From the IMG/VR virus record IMGVR_UViG_3300020044_004119, positions 1 through 60,909 of that record: a DNA stretch of 60,909 nt. One strand, given 5' to 3'. A program made the position numbers and the translations under genes. Of this stretch, positions 1 to 7,604 are shown in pieces (positions within the stretch are counted from its first letter, which is position 1; every line of letters starts with the position of its first letter). The notes under the pieces are model-generated. The model searched no databases. It was given only the letters and a program-made list of their open reading frames with translations, and was not told the origin of the DNA. Origin of the DNA: a virus (lineage: Duplodnaviria; Caudoviricetes).

Positions 1-57
1 GATAAAGCACTATTACTATCAATACCACGCTCAAGGTAAGACTCATAATTCTCTCGG
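1..57. repeat. 57-bp direct repeat identical to 60853-60909 (circular assembly overlap)
   Basis: GATAAAGCAC...TTCTCTCGG is identical at both ends, and an ORF reads through the junction. Confidence 0.95.
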
Positions 58-200
58 TGCATTGCTTTAATAGCAGCATCATTAATGGCAGGTGTATTAG
101 CTAGCCGTGGATCTAGCCCAAAGGTAGAGCATACATCCTGATCGGTTGTTTCGGTATCACCACGAAGGGCAAATAAATTATAATGTTTTAACTCAGGCAT
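1..200 (-). CDS. Hypothetical protein (~85 aa) spanning the junction; continues to stop at 60795
   Basis: Manual translation from ATG at 200: MPELKHYNLFALRG...RSQIKELSK*, open across the overlap. Confidence 0.75.
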   Translation of the reverse strand, partial: MPELKHYNLFALRGDTETTDQDVCSTFGLDPRLANTPAINDAAIKAMHRENYESYLERGIDSNSAL

Positions 201-619
201 GAATCTACTTTCCATTTAAGTTTAGAGACTCCAGTCATATAGTCTCCGATATATGTTTCTAAGGCACCGTGGCCCTCAGCACCTGCTTCTTCGTAGAGCT
301 TTTGGCTACACTCAAGGATCATTTTAAGATCATTACAGGTATTTGTCATCATATCTTTTAGTTTAGTCTCACCGGCAGATACATTAACAATACTGTCTGT
401 AAGATAACTCTTCAAACTAATAGGTACTTTGTAACCCATTTGGCGAAGCTGTTCGTTTAATGTGTCATGGTTCTCAAAAAGATATGTGTATACTTCACTA
501 AACAAATTGTGGTACTGAACAAAGTCGGGGCCAACAATGTTAAAGTGGTATACATGTGCGTTAAAATATGCCAGAAAATTATCGGCAATAAGATTACTTA
601 GTTTTGTTTGGCAACTCAT
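188..619 (-). CDS. dps: Dps/ferritin-like protein
   Basis: HVYHFNIVGPDFVQYH...HDTLNEQ matches the Dps HWNxxGxxFxxLH...DxxAER pattern; 143 aa. Confidence 0.85.
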   Translation of the reverse strand: MSCQTKLSNLIADNFLAYFNAHVYHFNIVGPDFVQYHNLFSEVYTYLFENHDTLNEQLRQMGYKVPISLKSYLTDSIVNVSAGETKLKDMMTNTCNDLKMILECSQKLYEEAGAEGHGALETYIGDYMTGVSKLKWKVDSCLS

Positions 620-725
620 TTGTTTCCTTTGGTTGTTCTTTTACTTTCTTACCGAAGATAGTATCCCAATTACTTCGGACTTTACCTTCATCACAGGGTC
701 TACGCCCTGAACCTTTACCACTCAT
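594..725 (-). CDS. Small basic hypothetical protein (43 aa)
   Basis: Manual ORF MSGKGSGRRPCDEGKVRSNWDTIFGKK..., overlapping both neighbours. Confidence 0.55.
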   Translation of the reverse strand: MSGKGSGRRPCDEGKVRSNWDTIFGKKVKEQPKETNELPNKTK

Positions 726-1021
726 TGTACTAACTCCCAATCATTTGCTTGCATATCAGATTGACTAGCTAACCAGCCTGTTTGATATTGATTTTGGGCA
801 GTCCACATATCAAAGTGTGGTTGGATAATCATTTCATTACACCCACGACTTTCTAAAAACTCAGCAGTAATAGGGCCACCTAAACGTAATTGTTCCTTAG
901 GAATAGAATAGCCACCTGCTTGAATAATAAACATCCCTTTACCATTCCAACCAGAACGTGCTACTCTTTGTCCGTCCTTTAAAGCTTCGATTGCTTGTCC
1001 AAAATTCATATAGTCTTTCAT
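722..1021 (-). CDS. DUF2829 / Tad2-like putative anti-defence protein
   Basis: MNFGQAIEALKDGQRVARSGWNGKGMFI...GWLASQSDMQANDWELV is the DUF2829 signature. Confidence 0.8.
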   Translation of the reverse strand: MKDYMNFGQAIEALKDGQRVARSGWNGKGMFIIQAGGYSIPKEQLRLGGPITAEFLESRGCNEMIIQPHFDMWTAQNQYQTGWLASQSDMQANDWELVQ

Positions 1022-1022
1022 G

Positions 1023-1199
1023 TTATTTTAACTTCATAGAGGCTTTAAAATTAGGTGACTGATAGCTACCCCATCCCATCTCTACAGAGAGCGCCTCTAC
1101 CTCTAGATCTAATAGATAAGCCTTATCATCGTGTAGGATTTCTTCGGGTGTCAGGTCATAGTTTGGATTCATGTCTGCAATGTCATGTTCATTAATCAT
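1023..1199 (-). CDS. Small acidic hypothetical protein (58 aa)
   Basis: Manual ORF MINEHDIADMNPNY..., fills the gap between adjacent genes. Confidence 0.5.
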   Translation of the reverse strand: MINEHDIADMNPNYDLTPEEILHDDKAYLLDLEVEALSVEMGWGSYQSPNFKASMKLK

Positions 1200-1527
1200 C
1201 TTCTGATTCCTCTAGAATAGAAGTAAGTCTTTTATTACTGTTTTTCTTATTAGCTTCGATATTCAGTTTAATGAAGTCCTCAGTAGCCTCACCAAGATAA
1301 AGCTTAAGAGCACACAACTCACCAATTAACAAGTCTAGTTTAGCAATTTTATCTTTGACATCCTTAGCCTGCCACATAGCGAAGTCTAAGTCAATACGTC
1401 TGTTACAGTCTGTTAGTGTTACACTACAATCAAAGTTCCATGCTGTGTAGCATGCATCTACTTCAATGCAAGCAATTCCTTTTGTTTTATTAAGGAACTT
1501 TCTTACATGATATTTCTTTTTAGCCAT
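1192..1527 (-). CDS. Hypothetical protein
   Basis: 111-aa ORF with AAGGA SD. Confidence 0.7.
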   Translation of the reverse strand: MAKKKYHVRKFLNKTKGIACIEVDACYTAWNFDCSVTLTDCNRRIDLDFAMWQAKDVKDKIAKLDLLIGELCALKLYLGEATEDFIKLNIEANKKNSNKRLTSILEESEDD

Positions 1528-1545
1528 TTTAATCCTTAGGTTATT

Positions 1546-1620
1546 TGGAGGGTGATAGAGGAATTGAACCTCTATTATGGGCTTAGAAGACCCAAGTATT
1601 ATCCATTATACGAATCACCC
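1546..1620 (-). tRNA. tRNA-Arg(TCT)
   Basis: GGGTGAT/ATCACCC acceptor, TGGGT-CTTCTAA-GCCCA anticodon arm, GGTTCAATTCC T-arm, encoded CCA. Confidence 0.9.
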
Positions 1621-1624
1621 AATA

Positions 1625-1704
1625 AGTAGCACCCTTTATTTTACTATGCGGGTGCTACATAGGACGCCTTTGCTGTGACGACAACAGAACCTAAGGTAGG
1701 TGTC
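1625..1704 (-). ncRNA. Candidate structured RNA between tRNAs (three-way junction plus 9-bp hairpin)
   Basis: GACACCT/AGGCGTC encloses ACC-TTA-GGT and CTGT-N7-ACAG, followed by GTAGCACCC-N15-GGGTGCTAC. Confidence 0.35.
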
Positions 1705-1781
1705 TGGTCTCAAGAACCGGCCTCGAACCGATAACCCATGAATTATGAGTTCACTGCTCTAACCAGTTGAGCTATCTTGAG
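1705..1781 (-). tRNA. tRNA with CAT anticodon (Met or Ile2)
   Basis: CTCAAGA/TCTTGAG acceptor, GCTCAACTGGTTAGAGC D-arm, GTGAA-CTCATAA-TTCAT anticodon arm, GGTTCGAGGCC T-arm, CCA. Confidence 0.9.
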
Positions 1782-1788
1782 AATGTTT

Positions 1789-1876
1789 TGGTGGATGTTG
1801 ATGGTAACGCACCACGAACTCGACTTCCCATCTATTTGAGTAACGGTTTTACAGACCGCCGATGGGGGCAACATCC
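1789..1876 (-). ncRNA. Atypical tRNA-like RNA, GTA (Tyr) anticodon, no D-arm
   Basis: 8-bp GGATGTTG/CAACATCC plus ACCA end; GGCGGT-CTGTAAA-ACCGTT arm; 4-bp T-stem with TGCGTTA loop. Confidence 0.65.
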
Positions 1877-1879
1877 TAT

Positions 1880-2164
1880 TTATTTCCTTGCTGCAGCATA
1901 ATTACAAGATGTATGACTAAATGCAATGTTATTTAGATCAAAGTACAAACTAATAGGGTTTTCAGAATCTAGCCAAGGTACTTTGTGTTCAATGGATAAA
2001 TACTCAATATCTTTAATTTGACTACCACATTGATAACACGTATCTTTACCTAATTGTTTAACAAGATCAAACATTATTTGTTTAATCAATCTATTCCTAG
2101 CAGTACCAAAAGGCATACCTAATTGGTCTTGTTTTTTCTTATCTGTATTTCTTAATTTACTCAT
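1880..2164 (-). CDS. HNH endonuclease within tRNA cluster
   Basis: CYQC...LSIEHKVPW...NIAFSHTSCN; GGAGG SD supports a start at 2164 rather than 2206. Confidence 0.8.
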   Translation of the reverse strand: MSKLRNTDKKKQDQLGMPFGTARNRLIKQIMFDLVKQLGKDTCYQCGSQIKDIEYLSIEHKVPWLDSENPISLYFDLNNIAFSHTSCNYAAARK

Positions 2165-2195
2165 ATTTAACCTCCGTTGTAATGAGTTGTTATTC

Positions 2196-2274
2196 TGGCT
2201 CCGCATCTGAGTAACGATCTCAGCTAATCATTGATTAACAGTCAAGTCCGTGCACCATGCTCGAATTCTGCGGA
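2196..2274 (-). tRNA. tRNA-Asn(GTT), non-canonical T-loop
   Basis: TCCGCA/TGCGGA acceptor plus GCCA, TTGA-CTGTTAA-TCAA anticodon arm, CTGAG-ATCGTTA-CTCAG T-arm. Confidence 0.8.
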
Positions 2275-2362
2275 ATAGGGTATAAATCTCATACACCTAG
2301 TGTTCCGTCTTATATTCCGTATAACACTTACTACGGGGTCAGGTAGCTATGAATAGTAGTTT

Positions 2363-2382
2363 CCTATTAGGAACCGGCTACC
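2363..2382 (-). promoter_or_regulatory. Putative phage RNAP promoter (upstream of tRNA cluster)
   Basis: GGTAGCCGGTTCCTAATAGG, a copy of the repeated motif. Confidence 0.7.
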
Positions 2383-2390
2383 AAATAAGA

Positions 2391-3368
2391 TTACTTAGTA
2401 ATACTACCCCAACCCCAATCACCATCCATACCATTAACAGAGTACTCAGTAACACGCTTCTCAAAGAAGTTATCGTGAGATACACCATTAAGAATCCAGT
2501 CTAACCAAGTTAGTGGGTTCTCTTTTACTTTGAAGTTAGTCTTGAGGCCTAGTTGTAGTAGTCGGCGGTCAGTAATGTATCGGATATAGGTCTTGACTTC
2601 TTCCTTAGTAATACCTTCAATGGTATAGTTAGAGAAAGCTAAGTCAATGAACTGATCCTCAAGCATAACAACATCACGAGCCATCTGATAAATTTTAGAC
2701 TTAAATTCATCATTAACTACTTTAGGATGCTCGTTACAGAACTCTCGGAACAATCGTGAGTTACCTTCTACGTGTACTGTCTCATCACGGATAGACCACT
2801 CAACAATAGTGCTCATACCTTTCATCTTACCGAACCGTTGTAGGTTTAGTAGCATAACAAAGGAAGCAAACAAGGATACACCCTCATTAAGAACGGACTT
2901 AGCTAGTGATAGCGCAAGTCCACTCTGAGTAGATGAATCTGATCGAGCCATAAAGTCAATCTTGTCAGACATTTCTTTGTAGTCAAGAAACTTATGGAAC
3001 TCTTCGTCAGGTAAGCCTAGTGTATCGTTAAGTAAAGCATAAGCACGTTGATGAGTACCTTCACGACTTGCAAATGAACCTAGCATAACACGTACTTCAT
3101 TGTTCTTGAACTTAGGAATTAAGTAGTCGTAGTAGTTCTGGCCTACTTGTACATCACCCTGAGTAAACAAACGAAGGATGTTAGTGATAAAGTCTTTCTC
3201 ACTGTCATTTAGTTTGATCTTCCAATCATTAACGTCTTCAGACAGGTCAGCCTCATCCTCTGTCCAGTGAATCTCTTCATGTTTCTTGGTCATTTCTACA
3301 GCCCATTCGTGATTAAATGGTTTGTAGGTCTTAGAGAAATTTAGTAATGATGACATATTATCCTTCAC
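2391..3368 (-). CDS. nrdB: Ribonucleotide reductase class I beta subunit
   Basis: FTQGD, EGTHQRAY, EGVSLFASF, WSIRDETVH and NFFE motifs. Confidence 0.95.
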   Translation of the reverse strand: MKDNMSSLLNFSKTYKPFNHEWAVEMTKKHEEIHWTEDEADLSEDVNDWKIKLNDSEKDFITNILRLFTQGDVQVGQNYYDYLIPKFKNNEVRVMLGSFASREGTHQRAYALLNDTLGLPDEEFHKFLDYKEMSDKIDFMARSDSSTQSGLALSLAKSVLNEGVSLFASFVMLLNLQRFGKMKGMSTIVEWSIRDETVHVEGNSRLFREFCNEHPKVVNDEFKSKIYQMARDVVMLEDQFIDLAFSNYTIEGITKEEVKTYIRYITDRRLLQLGLKTNFKVKENPLTWLDWILNGVSHDNFFEKRVTEYSVNGMDGDWGWGSITK

Positions 3369-5340
3369 AAGCTTTACATTCGTTATCTTCTTCAGCTACT
3401 ACAGTTGTCAGTTCTTTGTACAATTCATTGAATCCACCAATGTATTTACCATTGAGGTATACTTGCGGTAATGATCGTACATCAGGTCGTCCTGTAACTT
3501 CTGCTGCTGTTTTACCTGTTGTTGTAATGTCAACATATACGTATTCAATTCCTTTGGAATCGCATAAAGACTTTGCCATAGCGCATTGAGGACAGTTAGG
3601 TTTGCCATAGATAATTGTTTCCTTTGATTCTTCCAATTTATTTTCCTCTACTTTTTCAGATACATTCTCTGCCCGTTGTTTAGCTTCTGTACGTAGGTAG
3701 TACAAACCTTTAAGACCTTTATCCCATGCTGCATAGTGTACTGAGTTAACATAACTACGATCAGCACCCGCTGGAAAGGCTAAGTTAACCGATTGACCTT
3801 GGCATACAAACCTTTGACGGTCAGCTGCATGTGTAACAACCCAGTGTTGATTTAGTTCAAAGAATGTTTTGAAGACATCCTTAGTTTCTTTAGATAGTTC
3901 CAGGTGTTGAATACTACCTTTGTTAGTGATAATAGAAGACCACACTGCATCAGTATTCATACCCAATGCATCAAGCTTCTTCTCAAGGTATTTATTCTTA
4001 ACCAAGAAAGAACCTGCTCGTGTACGGTGGGTATAAGCATTAGCTTTGTTAGGCTCAATACTAGGAGAGGTACTTAGTAGAATACCTGAAGAAGCGTTAG
4101 GTGCAATAGCTAGTAGGTGTGCATTGCGTTTACCACTACCAATCATATCTTGTGCTTCACCTCTGTACTCACCTAGCCAATGGGTTTCTTTAACTGCTTT
4201 CTCTTTAATCTTACCGAAGATCACAATGTTTTCTAATCGGGCTTCATCAGACTCAAAAGGAATACCTTTACGTTGTAGGTATTCATGGAATCCCATAGCG
4301 CCTAAACCAATAGATCGTTCATGAATAGCAGAGTATACTGCTCGTGATAGTGAGTCAGGAGCGTTCTCAATAAAGTATTCTAGTACATTATCAAGCATAC
4401 GTACTAAGTCTTCCACCATATGTGTGTTCTTCCAGTCATCATAGTATTCTAAGTTGACTGACGATAAACAACATACTGCAGTACGATCTTCACTTGTAGG
4501 TAGGTGAATCTCATTACAGAGATTACTTCCGTGGATCTTCAGACCTTTATCCTTAAGCTCTTGTGGCAAAGCTTCGTTTGCCGTATCAATAAAGTTTAAG
4601 TATGGCTCACCAGTACGGAAACGAGTTTCCAGAAGCTTAGCCCATACAGTACGTGCATCTAAGAACTCCCCTGTATTACCTACTTTAGGATCAATTAACT
4701 CATACTTACTGCCTGTCTTAACTGCTTCCATAAACTTATCAGAGATATTTACGGCATTATGTAGGTTAAAACATTTACGGTTAGTGTCTCCTGTTGGGAT
4801 ACGTAAGCCAATAAACTCCAGAACATCCGGGTGCTCAATGTTTAAGTATGCTGCATAAGAACCTTTGCGGGTCTTACCTTGGCGGTATGCAGTCATATCC
4901 GCATCTACAGTGTGTAGAAAAGGGATAGGGCCAGGTGCCACATCAGAGACTGAGCGTACATCTGACCAATGACCACCAACACCACCACCCATAACAGATA
5001 ACCAGCGTAGCTCTGAGCTATGGTCAATTAGTCCTTGTACTGTATCAGGCACATATGTAAGGAAACAACTAATAGGTAACCCCCTAGCTTTCTTACCATC
5101 AGCTGGTGCGTTAGATAGTACTGGTGAAGCAAACATAAACCACTTCTTAGACACATAGTCATAGAGTCGTTGTGCTAAGTCTTCATCGCGTACACCTTTG
5201 TATACGCTCCATGCCCATGCTGCTCGTGCAAATACATCCTGCGGGGACTTCTCACTTTCATTAGCATAGAAATCCATGATCATATCTACTGCATAATCTG
5301 TAAGAAGATTATCACGTACATATTCAATCTTGATATTCAT
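3358..5340 (-). CDS. nrdA: Ribonucleotide reductase class I alpha subunit with fused glutaredoxin domain
   Basis: SCF, SNLCNE, APNASS, QGQS and GLYY motifs; IYGKPNCPQC...SLPQV...IGGF Grx domain; terminal CKACEG; start at 5340 has an SD. Confidence 0.95.
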   Translation of the reverse strand: MNIKIEYVRDNLLTDYAVDMIMDFYANESEKSPQDVFARAAWAWSVYKGVRDEDLAQRLYDYVSKKWFMFASPVLSNAPADGKKARGLPISCFLTYVPDTVQGLIDHSSELRWLSVMGGGVGGHWSDVRSVSDVAPGPIPFLHTVDADMTAYRQGKTRKGSYAAYLNIEHPDVLEFIGLRIPTGDTNRKCFNLHNAVNISDKFMEAVKTGSKYELIDPKVGNTGEFLDARTVWAKLLETRFRTGEPYLNFIDTANEALPQELKDKGLKIHGSNLCNEIHLPTSEDRTAVCCLSSVNLEYYDDWKNTHMVEDLVRMLDNVLEYFIENAPDSLSRAVYSAIHERSIGLGAMGFHEYLQRKGIPFESDEARLENIVIFGKIKEKAVKETHWLGEYRGEAQDMIGSGKRNAHLLAIAPNASSGILLSTSPSIEPNKANAYTHRTRAGSFLVKNKYLEKKLDALGMNTDAVWSSIITNKGSIQHLELSKETKDVFKTFFELNQHWVVTHAADRQRFVCQGQSVNLAFPAGADRSYVNSVHYAAWDKGLKGLYYLRTEAKQRAENVSEKVEENKLEESKETIIYGKPNCPQCAMAKSLCDSKGIEYVYVDITTTGKTAAEVTGRPDVRSLPQVYLNGKYIGGFNELYKELTTVVAEEDNECKACEG

Positions 5341-5360
5341 TGTTGTTCCTTGTTGTTTGT

Positions 5361-5380
5361 TAGTATTAGGCACCGACTAT
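5361..5380 (-). promoter_or_regulatory. Putative phage RNAP promoter (upstream of nrdA)
   Basis: ATAGTCGGTGCCTAATACTA. Confidence 0.7.
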
Positions 5381-5388
5381 TCTCGCTA

Positions 5389-7596
5389 TTAGCAGAAGAA
5401 GTATTTAGAATCAATTACCTCAGATAGATTTAGACTACCTAGTTTTGGTTGTTCGTATGTGAATGTTTCTTTGTTTAGCATTAATGTATCCATTAGTACA
5501 TCAAAGAAATTCTCTACATCATATTGTGCAATAAAGGTTACCTTAGTTATTTCTTGTAGAAAATCCACTTCGTCAGCATGGGTACTAAACGAGTCATGAA
5601 CTGCACCAAATGAACCATTGAAAGCAGTAATAGTATTAGCCATGTGAGCAGCATCATAGGAATGAACAACGTTAGGGCTGATACCAGACGCAAAGCTACG
5701 GCGACAAGGTACACGCTCACCAGTCTCTTTGTTAATGACATCAACCTTAACAACGTGCATGACACGACCGTCTTTATTTCCTTGAATACCTTTGATAGTA
5801 CCACGTTGTTTCCTTTCATGTTGTAGGTTAGCCTTGTACACTACAGGGAAACCACTTGGGGTGTGCCAAGTAAGGTTGTTTCTATCAGAGTTCAACTCAT
5901 GTTCAGCGATCTTTTGTAGGTACTTGGTTGTCTTAAGTGGACCAGCACATACAGAGTTAATAGCTTGAATAAGGTTACTTGCCAGTTTATTGCAGTCATC
6001 TTCTGTGATACCGTACTTAACTGTAAAGCCCTCCATATGACAATCATCATACATGTTCTTTGCAATACGTTGTTTACCTGCACTGTATGCTCGTGTCATT
6101 GAGCCACGTTTAGCAATACCTTTACGGATATGTTTCATGGGCATCTGCTTATCATTGAACCATTCAGGCATCACAGTGATAAGCTCTTTAGCTACAGCTA
6201 CATAGAAGTCTTTCTGGATAGGTGTAGGTACTAGTGATACTAGTGTACCCGCTTGTTTATCTTTAGACATAGCAGCTAGATGTTGCCAGCCGTTGTTACT
6301 ACCGTCAATAGGGATAGGAAACCCTGACATGTATTCCTGTCGTAGGATTTTACATTTATGGTAAGCAGCAATCTCAATACAACAAGCTAAGAAACTGTAT
6401 GGCTTCTCAGCATCATTGTTGATAGTTTTTGTTCGAGCTGTCTGGATAATAAACTCTAGGTTATGTTTAACCCACAAAGCACGATCGTCCAGTGTCATCT
6501 TATCTACAGAGATAGTGTCCAGACCTTCTTGTTTAAGGTACTCAGCGTAATCTGTGGTAAGGTAACTGAGGCTACTAAGCTCATCAATGTTGTAGGACTT
6601 GTTGTAGCATGCTGCTGTATGGACAGACAACCAATAATATCCCCTTTCGCTAACTCGTTTCTTGTTAGCAAATAGAAACAAGGATCGGGCAAGATCACTA
6701 CCTTGGAACTCAAGAAAGGATTCAGCGTAATAAACCCGTCCACGATAGTCACAAGATACCTCTTGATAGAATGTTTTGTTACCTACTAGCTCAGCCTTCT
6801 TAATGACTTGGTTGTACTCGAAGTACTTACTGAGCATACGTTGTAGTTTAGGATCCTTCTTACCAAGGAACTTAGTACCATCAATGTTGTTTAGTTTCTT
6901 TGGTAGTTGTAGGTTCTCATGATGGATATTGTACAACTGGATTTCACCATTCTCATCTACTAACTCTAATACTTCTGGTGGCTTAGCTGCTTTCATAGCA
7001 GACAGTAGTGGTGAATTAAGCTGCCAAGGTTGTTGTCGTAGTGTTTCAAGACTGTTGATAAAGGGTTTATCAAGGTACTCATGGAACAACTTACTGTTTG
7101 TCCAGCCCTTAATAAAGGGTTCTTTAGTTAGTGGGCTGTATAGACCTGCAATAGGTAGTAGTGGCTCAAAGGATGTACCAATAAGTGTAGGCTTAATGTC
7201 ATCCTCCATGTTAACAATACGAACTAAATAAGGGGCTTTGTGACCATCGTACTCTCGGAAGATATCAATCAATCCGTCTTGGAGGAACGTTTCAAGGAGA
7301 AGATCTCCCAGAGACAAGGTTGTTTTGATGTTTGACTCATCAGCCCCAATAGCTCTTGCGACTCGCTTTCCGATAAGATCAGATGCGAAGGTGAGTTTAA
7401 CTGATGCAGAGTGTGTAGCATTTTTGTTACGGATACAGTATTTAAGTAGTGTGTCCCATGATTCATTGATAAACCTTTCAAGGTCATATTCCCAGGTTGA
7501 ATGATGTGCCAGAAGACGAGCACCTTCATTCTGAATCTTATCTGAGTTTAAAACAATCTTCGATACGCGTTCAGTAAGATATTGTAATGGATTCAT
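5389..7596 (-). CDS. T7-type single-subunit RNA polymerase
   Basis: DYRGRVY, motif A IDGSNNG, motif B RKGIAKRGSMTRAY, PNVVHSYDA, motif C VHDSF. Confidence 0.95.
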   Translation of the reverse strand: MNPLQYLTERVSKIVLNSDKIQNEGARLLAHHSTWEYDLERFINESWDTLLKYCIRNKNATHSASVKLTFASDLIGKRVARAIGADESNIKTTLSLGDLLLETFLQDGLIDIFREYDGHKAPYLVRIVNMEDDIKPTLIGTSFEPLLPIAGLYSPLTKEPFIKGWTNSKLFHEYLDKPFINSLETLRQQPWQLNSPLLSAMKAAKPPEVLELVDENGEIQLYNIHHENLQLPKKLNNIDGTKFLGKKDPKLQRMLSKYFEYNQVIKKAELVGNKTFYQEVSCDYRGRVYYAESFLEFQGSDLARSLFLFANKKRVSERGYYWLSVHTAACYNKSYNIDELSSLSYLTTDYAEYLKQEGLDTISVDKMTLDDRALWVKHNLEFIIQTARTKTINNDAEKPYSFLACCIEIAAYHKCKILRQEYMSGFPIPIDGSNNGWQHLAAMSKDKQAGTLVSLVPTPIQKDFYVAVAKELITVMPEWFNDKQMPMKHIRKGIAKRGSMTRAYSAGKQRIAKNMYDDCHMEGFTVKYGITEDDCNKLASNLIQAINSVCAGPLKTTKYLQKIAEHELNSDRNNLTWHTPSGFPVVYKANLQHERKQRGTIKGIQGNKDGRVMHVVKVDVINKETGERVPCRRSFASGISPNVVHSYDAAHMANTITAFNGSFGAVHDSFSTHADEVDFLQEITKVTFIAQYDVENFFDVLMDTLMLNKETFTYEQPKLGSLNLSEVIDSKYFFC

Positions 7597-7604
7597 TTTG
7601 TTAT

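Noticed and set aside
1-57. End repeat as a biological terminal repeat
   Set aside because: It falls inside an ORF and is k-mer sized, so it is best explained as assembly circularisation
1625-1704. HDV-like theta ribozyme after a tRNA
   Set aside because: A P1-like stem is present, but P1.1, P2 and the catalytic J4/2 C could not be placed
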